The notes under the pieces: generated by a model
What the model was told of the DNA's origin: nothing
The model's database searches: none
Seen by the model: the letters and a program-made list of their open reading frames with translations, nothing else
Made by a program: the position numbers and the translations under genes
Shown: positions 1 through 10,753 of the stretch, one piece after another
How the letters are laid out: every line of letters starts with the position of its first letter
How positions within the stretch are numbered: the stretch's first letter is position 1
NCBI GenBank assembly: GCA_001029635.1
Contig: CP011209.1
Location: forward strand, 80,983-144,982
DNA: 64,000 nt
Direction of reading: 5' to 3'
Origin: Candidatus Wolfebacteria bacterium GW2011_GWB1_47_1
GTDB lineage: Bacteria; Patescibacteriota; Minisyncoccia; UBA6257; UBA9933

Positions 1-1399
1 CATAAGCGGCATAATCAACCGCTGAAGCTTCTTTATCAAAATGAGTCTTCTTTGGTGTGCTATGTGCGACAGCAGCCTTCTCCGGTTCAAGCGATGCTAC
101 GGTAACCGCAAACGCAAGAAATGCAAAAAACGGAATGATGGTTGAAATCTGATCGAATACGAACAACAGGTTAAAGAAGAATGCGGTGGCAAAGAAAAGA
201 ATTGCCATCATGTCGAACGAAAATCCTTTCTTGCGGAACACAAGCCAACCAACAGAGATCCAGATGCCAAGATACACAAGCAGCCCAAGTATACCGTTCA
301 TAACGGCAACGTCCATTAGCTTATTATGTGCGCGATCGAACCATGTATGTTCCAGATGGTAATAATCAGGATTATAATACTGGTTATAGGCAATGCTAAA
401 GTTCTCCGGCCCCCAGCCGATCAAAAACTTCTGCAAACCATTCTTCTGTGGATCTATGGCATTTTTACTTACACCCAGCGAGATTAAGCGGGTCTGCACG
501 GTAAAATCATTCAAGGTAAATGTGGCCGCACGGTTAAATCCAGGGATATTTTTCCAAAACGAATTACTACGCGTTGCATAAAATATTCCCCCGACCAATG
601 TCATTACGATCAACACCCAGGCAGAAGCTGTGCGCAAAGAAATGTTCTTTCTTACGGTAATATCCTTCCCATGAAATACACCGTACACAACAAGTGCCAA
701 TGTACCCATAACAAGCCCAAGCATTGCTGCACGCGTTTGTGTTATGAATAAGCCAATAACACCAACGGGAATCATGGTTGTGGCAAACCATCTCCAGATC
801 GGCTCTTTCTTTGCATAATAAAGTACTACGAGTGCGGCAAATACGACAAACAAGAGGTATCCACCAAGGAATGCCGGATTCCCGGTAAACGAACCAGGGC
901 GACCACCCCAATTGCAGATCGTTAAGCCTGCTTCATTAGTGGGGCATAATTCAAACAATTCCTTAATAAAAAGAATGGCACCTGTAACAAGATTCAGCTT
1001 AAAAAACATCACCCAATCCTTCTTTTCAAAAAGCAGAAGCGAATAGACAAAGAATGCATAGAAATATAGGAACCCAAGCAATCCCTCTCCACGTTCAACG
1101 TCGCCAAAAAATGCCCGGAATGGGTTTACTGCAAAGTACGTACTGATTGCGAAGATCGCCATAAATGCGGTCGTCATTACAAAAACCGGACTCTTAAAGA
1201 TCCTCTTGGCTCTTCCGTATGTTTCGCGACGAAATTCCTCATTTGCAACAAGGTGCACTGCAAAAAGAAGCGACGCAAGTGCGATGAATATGCGAATTAT
1301 TAATATCTTTCCAAAAATAAAGGGGAAGAATACAGACGTATTGACGATGAGCGGCACAAAGGCAAGCGCCCACAGGGTAAGTTTGATTAAAAATGCCAT
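1..1399 (-). CDS. O-antigen ligase/polymerase (Wzy_C/WaaL-like) membrane protein, 3' end beyond the left edge
   Basis: Hand-translated open frame from ATG 1399 (MAFLIKLTLWALAFVPL...) to the edge; many TM segments; motifs GSFTGNPAFLGGY, TQTRAAMLG, GWGPENF, FDRAHN. Confidence 0.85.
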   Translation of the reverse strand, partial: MAFLIKLTLWALAFVPLIVNTSVFFPFIFGKILIIRIFIALASLLFAVHLVANEEFRRETYGRAKRIFKSPVFVMTTAFMAIFAISTYFAVNPFRAFFGDVERGEGLLGFLYFYAFFVYSLLLFEKKDWVMFFKLNLVTGAILFIKELFELCPTNEAGLTICNWGGRPGSFTGNPAFLGGYLLFVVFAALVVLYYAKKEPIWRWFATTMIPVGVIGLFITQTRAAMLGLVMGTLALVVYGVFHGKDITVRKNISLRTASAWVLIVMTLVGGIFYATRSNSFWKNIPGFNRAATFTLNDFTVQTRLISLGVSKNAIDPQKNGLQKFLIGWGPENFSIAYNQYYNPDYYHLEHTWFDRAHNKLMDVAVMNGILGLLVYLGIWISVGWLVFRKKGFSFDMMAILFFATAFFFNLLFVFDQISTIIPFFAFLAFAVTVASLEPEKAAVAHSTPKKTHFDKEASAVDYAAY

Positions 1400-1407
1400 A
1401 ATTTTTT

Positions 1408-1478
1408 TGTCATTCCCGCGAAGGCGGGAATCCACTTCCTTTTGCCGTATATGGATTCCTATGTTCGCGAGAATAATC
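1408..1478. repeat. REP-like palindrome TGTCATTCCCGCGAAGGCGGGAATCCA with a degenerate inverted partner
   Basis: Hairpin 1408-1434, decayed inverted copy 1452-1478; relatives at 3475, 21604, 26593, 47113. Confidence 0.7.
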
Positions 1479-1533
1479 GAAGACCCACTTGAATAATGGT
1501 CTAATTGTACGCCACGAATAGGCCGATGACAAG

Positions 1534-1562
1534 AAAAAAAGTCCCCGGATTGCTCCGAGGAC
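1534..1562 (-). terminator. Intrinsic terminator after rfbH
   Basis: GC hairpin GTCCCCGGA/TCCGAGGAC followed by T7 on the minus strand. Confidence 0.65.
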
Positions 1563-1572
1563 TACAGTCCTC

Positions 1573-2886
1573 CTATAGGATGACAAACAGGAATTCCTTA
1601 AACGAGCCGATCACATAATCGAGCATCTCGCGGGTCAGGCCCGGGTACACTCCGATCCAGAACGTATTGTTCATGATGGTATCGGTATTGGCTAGGTCGC
1701 CAACGATACGGTGCTCGATCGCATAGTTCTTGAAGTACGGTTGCCGCGTAGCATTGCCGGCAAACAGCAGTCGCGTGCCAATTTTCCGACTGTCCAGGAA
1801 TTTCAGCAAATCGATCCGATTAAAGCCCGCATTCGGTTTGATCGTAAGCGGGAATCCAAACCAGCTCGGATCCGCACGGGGATCCCAGCTGGGCAGTATG
1901 AAGTGGTCAAAAATAGCTTCATCCTGCTCGAACATGCGATACAGATACCTAAAGTTCTCCTTCCGCTTCTGGATAAATTCCGGCAGGCGTTCCAACTGGG
2001 CCAATCCAAGCGCCGCTTGGATGTCGGTACCCTTCAGGTTGTATCCGATCTCGCTGTACACATACTTGTGATCGTACCCATGGGGCAAATCGCCATGTTG
2101 GTTGCCGAACCGGTTGCCGCAAAAATTGTCGACACCAGTCGGGCAGACGCAATCACGTCCCCAATCCCGCAACGATCGAACGATCGTATTGAGTAGTGGG
2201 TCGTCGGTCAGTACCGCTCCCCCTTCAGCCGTCGTAATGTGATGAGCCGGGTAAAAGCTGCAGGTCGACAGATGCCCGAACGACCCGGTATGTCGGGTAT
2301 CGAGCTTTGATCCAAGTGCATCGCAGTTGTCCTCGATCAGCCACAGTCCACGGTTATAGCAAAACTCCCAAAGGGCTCTCACGTTAAACGGATTACCCAG
2401 CGTATGGGCGATGAAGACGACTTTGGTCTTGGGCGATACGGCACTTGCGATTGCCTCGATTGACGCGTTATACGTACTCAGTTCGACATCCACGAACACC
2501 GGCACCGCGCCGACCTGGATGATCGGGTTGATCGTGGTCGGAAACCCGGCCGCGACCGTGATCACCTCATCGCCCCGCTTAAGCCTACGCTTTTCCGGAA
2601 TTCGGAACGATGTAAGCGCCGAAAGCGCCAACAGATTCGCGGATGAGCCGGAATTGACGAAGGAGCAGTAGCGCGTGCCGATAAACTCGGCGAGCCGCTC
2701 CTCAAACTGTTTTGCGAACTTGCCTTCCGTCCACCAGCCTTCCAGCACCGCATCGATCATCATTACTAGTTCGTTCCTGCCGAAAACCTTGCCGGAAACC
2801 GGCACAGGAGTTACCCCGGGGACAAACGCGTGAGCCCCTACACTTCTTTTTCTTACCGCCTCGTCAATCAGCCGACTGATGTCCAT
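1573..2886 (-). CDS. rfbH: CDP-4-keto-6-deoxy-D-glucose 3-dehydrase (RfbH/DdhC, E1)
   Basis: DegT-family fold with SFYPAHHITT (His in place of Lys) and Cys cluster GRDCVCPTGVDNFC; ATG 2886 follows GGAGG. Confidence 0.92.
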   Translation of the reverse strand: MDISRLIDEAVRKRSVGAHAFVPGVTPVPVSGKVFGRNELVMMIDAVLEGWWTEGKFAKQFEERLAEFIGTRYCSFVNSGSSANLLALSALTSFRIPEKRRLKRGDEVITVAAGFPTTINPIIQVGAVPVFVDVELSTYNASIEAIASAVSPKTKVVFIAHTLGNPFNVRALWEFCYNRGLWLIEDNCDALGSKLDTRHTGSFGHLSTCSFYPAHHITTAEGGAVLTDDPLLNTIVRSLRDWGRDCVCPTGVDNFCGNRFGNQHGDLPHGYDHKYVYSEIGYNLKGTDIQAALGLAQLERLPEFIQKRKENFRYLYRMFEQDEAIFDHFILPSWDPRADPSWFGFPLTIKPNAGFNRIDLLKFLDSRKIGTRLLFAGNATRQPYFKNYAIEHRIVGDLANTDTIMNNTFWIGVYPGLTREMLDYVIGSFKEFLFVIL

Positions 2887-2959
2887 AGTGAACCTCCCCG
2901 TTCCCTTGATGGTAATGCGATGAAATTGACAAAAAGTTTCTGCCCCTAGCGTCGCCCAT

Positions 2960-3469
2960 TTAAAAAATTTTGTCAATGTCGGGGAAGTGGGACGTTCGCT
3001 TTGTGTCCAATATCGCCTTTCGAACATTCTTCCATAAAATCCGATGTTCAGGAATAATATCTTTCGGCATCGTTTTAAAAAACGTCCCCTGTGCCGGACG
3101 ATCGCTTTTACTTAAAAACACCAATGATACACCACTCCCCCGAGGGCTGTTCCAATAATTGAGCGGGAATAGGAATTTGTATTTTTTGATATGCAACCCT
3201 ACTTCGGCAATAGCCATTTTCTTGATCCGCTCATCAACCGTTTCCCGATACCGCATCAACCCTCCCGGAAAATGCCACCCTTTCCACCATTGGTCTTCAC
3301 GCCAAGTAAGGAGTATCTCTCCTTTTTCATTCATAACAACAAGCTCACACGCAATAAACGGTACTACATCACACAGGGCGTCAAATACCGGCTGAGGCAA
3401 TCCGCTATGAGGATCTTCTATTTTCCCCAAGAGCGTAGCGAGCTGTTCTGTTTCTTTTTTGGTAAGCAT
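2960..3469 (-). CDS. NUDIX hydrolase, GDP-mannose mannosyl hydrolase-like
   Basis: ILLTWR...GWHFPGG...E(x)nEVG modified Nudix box; similar to 12549-13046. Confidence 0.75.
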   Translation of the reverse strand: MLTKKETEQLATLLGKIEDPHSGLPQPVFDALCDVVPFIACELVVMNEKGEILLTWREDQWWKGWHFPGGLMRYRETVDERIKKMAIAEVGLHIKKYKFLFPLNYWNSPRGSGVSLVFLSKSDRPAQGTFFKTMPKDIIPEHRILWKNVRKAILDTKRTSHFPDIDKIF

Positions 3470-3474
3470 GTATC

Positions 3475-3501
3475 TGTCATTCCCGCGAAGGCGGGAGTCT
3501 A
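3475..3501. repeat. REP-like palindrome
   Basis: TGTCATTCCCGCGAAGGCGGGAGTCTA, nearly identical to the 1408 copy. Confidence 0.7.
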
Positions 3502-3599
3502 TTGCTGATCTAATTTTTATTCTGATAGTTTAATTATAAACAAAAAAAATGAGGGGGTCGAACCCCCTCATCGGATTGTATATTTTGCGCGATCAATTC

Positions 3600-4739
3600 C
3601 TATGCGAACTCGATTTTGTTGTCCCGGAGTACTGCAACGTCCGCTCCGAAATTCAACTGTCTCAACGTTTTCAGTACTTCGTCAGGATAGAGCCCGGGGA
3701 CCATGACGATCACAAGATCGACCGGATTTTCCTCCAAGTGGCTCGGTGCCACGATATTAAAATGTGTGACCGGAGTGAATCTTCCCTGTTTGAACTTTGC
3801 GGAATCAATCACATAGGCAATATCGGTGATATTACTCAGTGCCAGCAGCGTTAATGTTCTATGACCCGCCCCCCACACCGCTATCTTCTGGTTATTTGTC
3901 ACGTAGGTTGCGACGAGACGCTGCAGCTCGTTAATGAGCAAATGCATCGGACCGCGGCGACCAAAAAGGTTTAGAGCCTCTCGCTTTTTCACCGTTGCCG
4001 CAATGTCATTCTCTTCGTTGATGATCCGGCATTCCAGTACGTCAAACCCGTTTGCCTCAAAAGCATGGGTCAACGTCCTCGTCGTGAAGTACGAAATGTG
4101 ATCGGGAACGAATTCGTAGAGACATTTCGTCTTAAGCAGGTATTCCAGGTTGGGGACAGTTACAAACCCCACGGCATTGGCCGCCAAGTTGCCGGATATG
4201 TTTTCGATAATCCTACCAGGATCGGGCAAATGCTCGAGATAGTTCAGACAGATGAACGCATCGAAGGGGCCTCCGGCTATCGCGCCCCTGTCTCCGATGT
4301 ACCGCTGGACCATCGTCCTACCCAAAGCCGCTCCCCTCTCTACCGATTTTCCGGACGCTTCCACCCCTGTTGCTTGCATGCCGACTTCTTCCAAAACATC
4401 CAGCATCGCACCTTCGCCACAGCCGATATCCACTACCTTTTTACCTGCAAGTCCGAATCGCTCGACCAACTCTTGCATCTGGCCCAGCCGGGACAATCTT
4501 GCCTTCTCGGATAATGAAGCGGCGGTAATAACCTCCTTGAAGTAGTCCACTGGCTGCATCCCATGCTGCACCAGTCCGCAATGCGAACACTGCTTGATCG
4601 CCAGGGTAATGCCGGTGTCCTCGGCAAATTCATCGATTTCCGGATAATACTGGGCAGCTTTTGGCATCCCTTTCAAAAGAAGAATCTGACCTGCGGGTAG
4701 TGCGTGATTGCACAAATGACAGCGGTTGTTCGAATCCAT
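3600..4739 (-). CDS. SAM-dependent sugar C-methyltransferase-like protein
   Basis: N-terminal CxxC...CxxC zinc motif, VVDIGCGEG, LEHLPDP, C-terminal WGAG domain; SD GAGGAG before ATG 4739. Confidence 0.8.
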   Translation of the reverse strand: MDSNNRCHLCNHALPAGQILLLKGMPKAAQYYPEIDEFAEDTGITLAIKQCSHCGLVQHGMQPVDYFKEVITAASLSEKARLSRLGQMQELVERFGLAGKKVVDIGCGEGAMLDVLEEVGMQATGVEASGKSVERGAALGRTMVQRYIGDRGAIAGGPFDAFICLNYLEHLPDPGRIIENISGNLAANAVGFVTVPNLEYLLKTKCLYEFVPDHISYFTTRTLTHAFEANGFDVLECRIINEENDIAATVKKREALNLFGRRGPMHLLINELQRLVATYVTNNQKIAVWGAGHRTLTLLALSNITDIAYVIDSAKFKQGRFTPVTHFNIVAPSHLEENPVDLVIVMVPGLYPDEVLKTLRQLNFGADVAVLRDNKIEFA

Positions 4740-4858
4740 GGTTCTCTCCTCCTCTGTATTCAATTTTTTAGCGCATAACCCAAAATATATGTGGATATAT
4801 GCACTTTTATATACTGACTATCTTATACTGCTTCAAACAATACGTGTCAAGAAAATAC

Positions 4859-5818
4859 TTACGCTTCCTCCTTTTTAAAATACTTACTGCGTAATTCTTT
4901 TGCGTAATTCAAATACAGGTCCTGTCCTACCGCGTCGACATCCAGATTGTCCTGAATGGTCCTGTAATATGCATACAGCTCGGCGATTGCTGCTTTAGAT
5001 GAGGTGAATTTAAAATCACCCATCTCAGAAAGAAGTTTTTTATTGTCCCCGGAATATTCCACCCCGATCCCCGGATTCAATACCTGTATTTCAGTGGTGT
5101 TACCACTAAGCTCATTAATGATGTTTGCGATCGTCACCAGGTCGATCGATTCCGTCGGCGTAACATTGAATATCTTTTCTTTCGAATCGTTATGTATGAA
5201 ATGCCCGATGATCTTATATAAGTCATTAATATAGAGATAATCGTAAACGACATTTTGATTGATCACGATAGGCATCCCCAATAGGCTTTTCACGATCGCA
5301 TTAGCTATGAATTTATACCGATAATCCTCGTATTTTCCGAATATGCCAAATAGCCTGAGGCACACGAGCTGCTCGCTGTTTATATCGCGGACGTACTTGG
5401 AGATTAGGTATTTTGAGTAGCTATGGCTGTCCTCAGGAATATGCTCGTCAAAATATTCCTCTGCCATTTTTTTGTGCCAATGACTCCTTCCATATTCGGA
5501 ACCGCTCCCTAGATTTATCAGCTTTATCGCCGGCGTCATATGCTTCTGCAAATTGAAGAACATGCGCAAATTATGTTCGCACACCTCCAGAGGATAGGTC
5601 TTACCGGATAGGGATGTCGTCGCGGAATGAATGATGACGTCTATATTATTTTTCTTTAAAAATACCCCGACAGCATCGTCGTCGATCAAATTCAACTCAT
5701 TTCTCAATGGAGCAAATACAACATAATTATCCTGCGAAAACAACTCTGTCAAATTGCGCCCGACAAAACCCCTCGCGCCGGTCACTAGGATATGTATAGT
5801 TTTGTTGTCCTTATGCAT
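4859..5818 (-). CDS. NAD(P)-dependent epimerase/reductase (extended SDR)
   Basis: GARGFVG, GSGSEYG and YxxxK (YSYSK). Confidence 0.85.
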   Translation of the reverse strand: MHKDNKTIHILVTGARGFVGRNLTELFSQDNYVVFAPLRNELNLIDDDAVGVFLKKNNIDVIIHSATTSLSGKTYPLEVCEHNLRMFFNLQKHMTPAIKLINLGSGSEYGRSHWHKKMAEEYFDEHIPEDSHSYSKYLISKYVRDINSEQLVCLRLFGIFGKYEDYRYKFIANAIVKSLLGMPIVINQNVVYDYLYINDLYKIIGHFIHNDSKEKIFNVTPTESIDLVTIANIINELSGNTTEIQVLNPGIGVEYSGDNKKLLSEMGDFKFTSSKAAIAELYAYYRTIQDNLDVDAVGQDLYLNYAKELRSKYFKKEEA

Positions 5819-5958
5819 TGATTCAGGATTGTAGGAAAATTATTGCACGCATGACGATACTACTTACAATATTGTCTAATGTAGACCATGCCCATATAAA
5901 AATCAAATAAAAAAAGGCCCGGGCATTACGCACCGGGCCTTCGCAATCCATCGCTAGA

Positions 5959-6741
5959 CTACTGTAATCGCTTCTCAAGCATCTCGATCCTCTTCTCGTC
6001 CTCTGCCTTGACGCGAGAGTAGTACCGACGCTTGCTTTTGAGCCACAGGAGCTCGAATTCGACTGCCTTCAGGATCGCGGCATCGCCGTATTTCCAGGAA
6101 CTGGCCGGGAACACAACCTTGCGCGTCTCGAACTTGTCCACAAGCCCCTCCTGCTCTAACCGCTGTATAACGGGGATTGCTTCCGTGGAAATACCTCCAC
6201 CAAGGCCGGTTTTCAGACCGACCTTCTTCGCCTTTTCCATCGTCCCTTTGCAGATGTCATACACCTCCCCCGAGGTATTAATGACATCGCGACTCAGGCC
6301 CATCGACCCGACAAGGTCGACACGCCCAAGCGTAACTCCGCTCAACCTGGATACATCCGGCAACGCAAGCATCTCATCGAGATTGCGGTATGCCGTAATC
6401 GTTTCCATGTTGAAGGCGAACTCGATGTCACTTGCGTTATCTTCCGCGATCATGTCGCGGATGAGTATCAGAAATTTCGACAAAGCAAACGGCGTTTCCG
6501 CCATAGGGGCGATCAACCCCTTCACGCCGAGACTCAATGCGTTGTACACATCGGTCACCGCCTCAACGCCGCCGATCTTCAGGATGATCGGCAGGCCAAC
6601 GGCCCCCGTAACATCCTTAAGCCGCATCATTTCTTCTATACGGCTTCCTTCGGCCTCGAATTCGGCTTTAATTTCGAATACACCGAAGTCATTTTTCAGC
6701 GACTTCAGCACCTCGATCATCTCGCGCTCTAATACGTTCAT
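5959..6741 (-). CDS. HpcH/HpaI aldolase or citrate lyase beta-like protein
   Basis: KAEFEAEG, KIGGVEA, APMAET, NMET and GRVDL motifs. Confidence 0.75.
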   Translation of the reverse strand: MNVLEREMIEVLKSLKNDFGVFEIKAEFEAEGSRIEEMMRLKDVTGAVGLPIILKIGGVEAVTDVYNALSLGVKGLIAPMAETPFALSKFLILIRDMIAEDNASDIEFAFNMETITAYRNLDEMLALPDVSRLSGVTLGRVDLVGSMGLSRDVINTSGEVYDICKGTMEKAKKVGLKTGLGGGISTEAIPVIQRLEQEGLVDKFETRKVVFPASSWKYGDAAILKAVEFELLWLKSKRRYYSRVKAEDEKRIEMLEKRLQ

Positions 6742-6783
6742 CGGTCTACCTCCTTTTCCTTGAGTGATGTCTGGGATCTACGA

Positions 6784-7833
6784 TCACCAGTTGATGTCTT
6801 TCCAGCTTGCGGGATACTGCTTGGACTTCTCTATTTGCGGCAGGATCTTCTGATAAAACTCGGAGTCCCGGTTACCGCAGAGGCAACTCTGCTTGCAATC
6901 GTACGAGAACCACTGCATCGCCAGTCCGCGTTTGACGATCGTCTCAAGATCTTCTTCGAAGATATTCCCGAGACTGATCGGAATCCACGGGCAAGGCAAT
7001 ACGTCGCCGTATGCCGTGATTGAGAAGTGCTTTTTGAGACACAGGCAACCGAACTCGTGGCCATTGTTGACCGACAGATGCGTAGACGCATTATATATAT
7101 CGGTCAACGACTGGATGTACTGCAGATCCTTGGTATCCAGGATCTCATCCTTGGAATCCTCGAACGCGCCGGTCGCCTTCGCATAGATCATGCTGACGTG
7201 CTGATTGAACTGTTTAACGAATTCCAGCTGCTCGATCAGCTCGCCCGACCCGACGAGACTCTTCGTGACTACGATGTTGATGATGACGCCCAAGCCATGC
7301 TTCCTGCACAACTCCAGGGCATCGATGCATTTTTGCCACGATCCTTCCACACCCCTGAATGCGGTATGGTTAGCTTCCAGGCCGTCGATGCTCAGGTGGA
7401 TCCGGTCGACGCCGATGTCGACCAGCCACTTGATCGTTGCTTCATCCAGTCGGGACCCGTTCGTATCCATGCTGATCACAAACCGTTCCGGCCCGATCGC
7501 ATCGACGATGTCCTTGAGGTTGGGGAAGATCAACGGCTCTCCGCCGGATATGCAGATGCTCGCCAGGCCCATTGCATCTGCCTGATCAGCAATTCGCTCG
7601 ATGTCGGCGATAGCCAGAGACCTTCCGCCCCTTTGCTTAAACCGCTCGATGGCGCAATGCTTGCATTTGAAGTTGCACCGGTAATCGCACTGCAACTGGA
7701 TCAGGGCAACGCTTTCCTTGTTCGCAATCTTCTCCGGATGCCTGATGATCTTTGCGTATGCAAGCGGCTTCCGCTCCTTCAATTCACCCCGTGTCTTTAT
7801 TTCCCGTTCCGTCTGTCCATGCTGGTTAGCCAT
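6784..7833 (-). CDS. Radical SAM protein with SPASM/twitch domain
   Basis: CNFKCKHC, SGGEP, C-terminal C...GDVLPCP...GNI. Confidence 0.88.
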   Translation of the reverse strand: MANQHGQTEREIKTRGELKERKPLAYAKIIRHPEKIANKESVALIQLQCDYRCNFKCKHCAIERFKQRGGRSLAIADIERIADQADAMGLASICISGGEPLIFPNLKDIVDAIGPERFVISMDTNGSRLDEATIKWLVDIGVDRIHLSIDGLEANHTAFRGVEGSWQKCIDALELCRKHGLGVIINIVVTKSLVGSGELIEQLEFVKQFNQHVSMIYAKATGAFEDSKDEILDTKDLQYIQSLTDIYNASTHLSVNNGHEFGCLCLKKHFSITAYGDVLPCPWIPISLGNIFEEDLETIVKRGLAMQWFSYDCKQSCLCGNRDSEFYQKILPQIEKSKQYPASWKDINW

Positions 7834-7837
7834 TTGT

Positions 7838-8599
7838 CTACCTCCCTTTCTTCAGTAATGAGATTATCTCGTTGAGTGCTCTTGCCTTCATATTCGAAAA
7901 ATCCGAAAAGTTGCCGCCAGGATCAAACAGTATGCTTTGACAGTTGAAGTTGTTGGCCATCCTAATGTCGCTTTCGGGCATGTCCCCTACGACGCAAATT
8001 CTCTCCGGCGAAAGCCCGTGCTCTCTGCATAGCAGTTCGAGCATGTACGTATTGGGCTTTCCGACGTGAACATCTGGAGCATGACCCGTTGCGTTGACGA
8101 TTGCGGCAACCAAAGCGCCGCAACCCGGCAATCTTCGATTATTCTCAATCGGATACGAAGAATCGCCATTTGCGACTATTAGCTTGGCTCCTCCATCGAT
8201 CGCGTCCAGCGCCATTGCTATTTTTTGATAGCTGAATGCTGGGTCGATTCCTACGACCACGGCGGATACGCCCGGATCTTCCTTGATGACAATTTCATTA
8301 GACATCAGCTCTCTCCGCAGATCATTGGTGCCGATTAAGTAAATGGGTCCGATCTCTTCCTCTACTAGATAATGAGAAATGCCACGAGCAATGCAATACG
8401 TATTCCCGCTGTGTGCCGGAAAACCAAGGTTGTTCAACTTGTCGACGATCTGCTTCCGCATCTTCCCGGAATTATTCGTCAGGTAGAATATTCGATACCC
8501 CTCCGCTTCAAGAGCGGCAATGGTTTCGATTGCCCCTTCGACGACTTTTTCACCGAGATACAGAGTGCCGTCCAAATCAAAAACAATGCTATCGATCAC
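7838..8599 (-). CDS. HAD-IIA family phosphatase (NagD-like)
   Basis: FDLDGTLY, LTNNS, GKP, VGDMPESDI. Confidence 0.88.
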   Translation of the reverse strand: MIDSIVFDLDGTLYLGEKVVEGAIETIAALEAEGYRIFYLTNNSGKMRKQIVDKLNNLGFPAHSGNTYCIARGISHYLVEEEIGPIYLIGTNDLRRELMSNEIVIKEDPGVSAVVVGIDPAFSYQKIAMALDAIDGGAKLIVANGDSSYPIENNRRLPGCGALVAAIVNATGHAPDVHVGKPNTYMLELLCREHGLSPERICVVGDMPESDIRMANNFNCQSILFDPGGNFSDFSNMKARALNEIISLLKKGR

Positions 8600-8766
8600 T
8601 TTACCACCTCCCTATTTTTCTAGATTATAAAAGGCCTTTTGTACTGAAATCGGTATACAACAATTATAGGTTTAAAGCAAGTATTTTACCTAAAAATATC
8701 TATGCCCACACAACCACTGCATTTTAAAAAAAGAGCCCCGTAAAGTATAGGGACTCTTAAGACAGA

Positions 8767-10566
8767 TCATTCGGGATCGTCAGCGACGATTATCATATTG
8801 GCACCGAATTCATTCCGCGGAAGTAACGGGCTCATATCTTCCAGCGGATTTGATATCATGCGACCGTCTGACTCCTTCCTCGATGCCAACCGTGGAGCAA
8901 AACCATAGTCGGCATCCAGAATAACTTCGCACAACGCCCCTCCCTTGCTCGACAGGACATTGATAATGCCTTGTCTCATATGCACGGTCGAATCTATCCT
9001 GAAATAGTTTAGACCGTACAGATCCGCAAGCTTTGCATTGTCCGGGAAGGAGACACCACAATCCTCGTCGCACCCGATGAAATTGCCCTCGAAGAATCCA
9101 GCTTGGGTCATTCTGATCGAGTGATACCCTTGATTGTTTAGGATAAATATCTTTATCGGCAGATCGTAATGCTTGATAACCTGCAGTTCCTGAAGATTCA
9201 TCTGAATGCTACCGTCCCCTGCGAGGCAGATAACATCCCGATTACCCGCAAAAGCGGCGCCGATGGCGGCAGGTAGGTCGTACCCCATTGCCGCACAACC
9301 TGAGTTCCAGAAAATGCGCTGCCCTAGCTTAACAATACCCGCATGAAATAAACCGACACATGCCGTTCCATTCCCGGCGACTACGATGGCATTTTCATCC
9401 AGTGCGCCCGTCAGCTCCTCGATAAAATGATAGGGATGTACGGACCATTCATTCGGCTTCTTGTACTCGTCTAGAACAACAGGGTACTGCTTCTTGCGCG
9501 CCTGACACCATTCCAGCCATGGTTTATCAACCTGAAAACCTTTGGGAAGATTACCGAGAAGCTTGGTGATAAAAACGTTGGCATCGGAATGAATCAGGAT
9601 GTCGCCTTTGACCGTCGGTTTGCGCAATTCAGCCTCGTCAATGTCGACGATAATCTTTTTTGCGCGGCTGGCGAATGAAGACCAGTTGTAACTTGCCTGC
9701 CTAATGTTATTTCTAGTGCCAAGAAAAACGACGAAATCGGAGTTTTGCAACGCGAAATTTCCCGCGCGACTCCCCAAGGTTCCTATCCTCCCGATAAAAT
9801 GGTTAGATTCGGAAGCGATCAGATCGAAGCCATTGAACGTCGAGACAACGGGGATATTGATCAGGTCGACCAGTCCCAGAAATTCCTTCTGAGCCTTCGC
9901 GATCCTGATACCGTGGCCGGCGACGAGCAAAGGCCGCTTGGCCTTTTGCAATTCATCGACAACCTGGGAGATTGTTTCGTCTTCCGGAGCGATCACGACG
10001 TGCTCCATGCACTCGCCTTGCAGATTCTGCTCCTCGATCAATGCGCCTTGCACATTCAGCGGGATGTCCAGCCATACCGGACCAGGCCTCCCTGAGGTGG
10101 CGATGCGGATGGCCTTTTCTAATTCCGCTCGTATCCTCGTAGGGTCGGCGACCATTGTTGCATACTTGGTCATCGGCTTGACGATGTCAACGATGTTGAT
10201 CTCCTGATCTCCGAGTTGACGCAATCCGATGTCCGAACAGGATGCGAGAGTAGTCTCGAATTTTACCTGACCGGATAAGTAGAGCACCGGGACGGAATCA
10301 AGCCACTGTCCCAAAACTCCCGTCAAGGCATTGGTCCCTCCAGGACCGGACGTGACGCTAACAACTGCCAGATTTCCCGATACACGGGAGTACCCTTCGG
10401 CGGCGATCGCAGAAGCCTGCTCGTGATGGTTGCAGATGTATTTGATACGCCGTTCGTTCTTCAAGGCGTCATTCAAATGCATCGCCCCTCCGCCCGTTAT
10501 GACAAACACGTGCTCAACTCCATATTCGGCCAGATACTTAAAAATATAGTCAGCTACTCTCATCAT
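8767..10566 (-). CDS. Thiamine-diphosphate enzyme, acetolactate synthase-like (YerE-type candidate)
   Basis: HHEQA, TSGPGGTN, GDGS...NN ThDP motif; located in a CDP-sugar locus. Confidence 0.85.
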   Translation of the reverse strand: MMRVADYIFKYLAEYGVEHVFVITGGGAMHLNDALKNERRIKYICNHHEQASAIAAEGYSRVSGNLAVVSVTSGPGGTNALTGVLGQWLDSVPVLYLSGQVKFETTLASCSDIGLRQLGDQEINIVDIVKPMTKYATMVADPTRIRAELEKAIRIATSGRPGPVWLDIPLNVQGALIEEQNLQGECMEHVVIAPEDETISQVVDELQKAKRPLLVAGHGIRIAKAQKEFLGLVDLINIPVVSTFNGFDLIASESNHFIGRIGTLGSRAGNFALQNSDFVVFLGTRNNIRQASYNWSSFASRAKKIIVDIDEAELRKPTVKGDILIHSDANVFITKLLGNLPKGFQVDKPWLEWCQARKKQYPVVLDEYKKPNEWSVHPYHFIEELTGALDENAIVVAGNGTACVGLFHAGIVKLGQRIFWNSGCAAMGYDLPAAIGAAFAGNRDVICLAGDGSIQMNLQELQVIKHYDLPIKIFILNNQGYHSIRMTQAGFFEGNFIGCDEDCGVSFPDNAKLADLYGLNYFRIDSTVHMRQGIINVLSSKGGALCEVILDADYGFAPRLASRKESDGRMISNPLEDMSPLLPRNEFGANMIIVADDPE

Positions 10567-10753
10567 CCCATCCTCCTTTTAGCTTTCGCCTAATGACAAT
10601 CTTGTTATTTTTAGTAATGATTCTGATTCAGCAATACCATAGACTACGGTTTAAAGCAAGGATTTGCCTTAATCAAAATACGGAAGACCATATAAAAAAG
10701 AACGTTTAAATAACGAATGATTTAAAAAAGAGGGGCGTATTTCGCCCCCTCTG

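Noticed and set aside
6032-7875. Long plus-strand ORFs (243 and 282 aa)
   Set aside because: Antisense shadows of well-supported minus-strand genes
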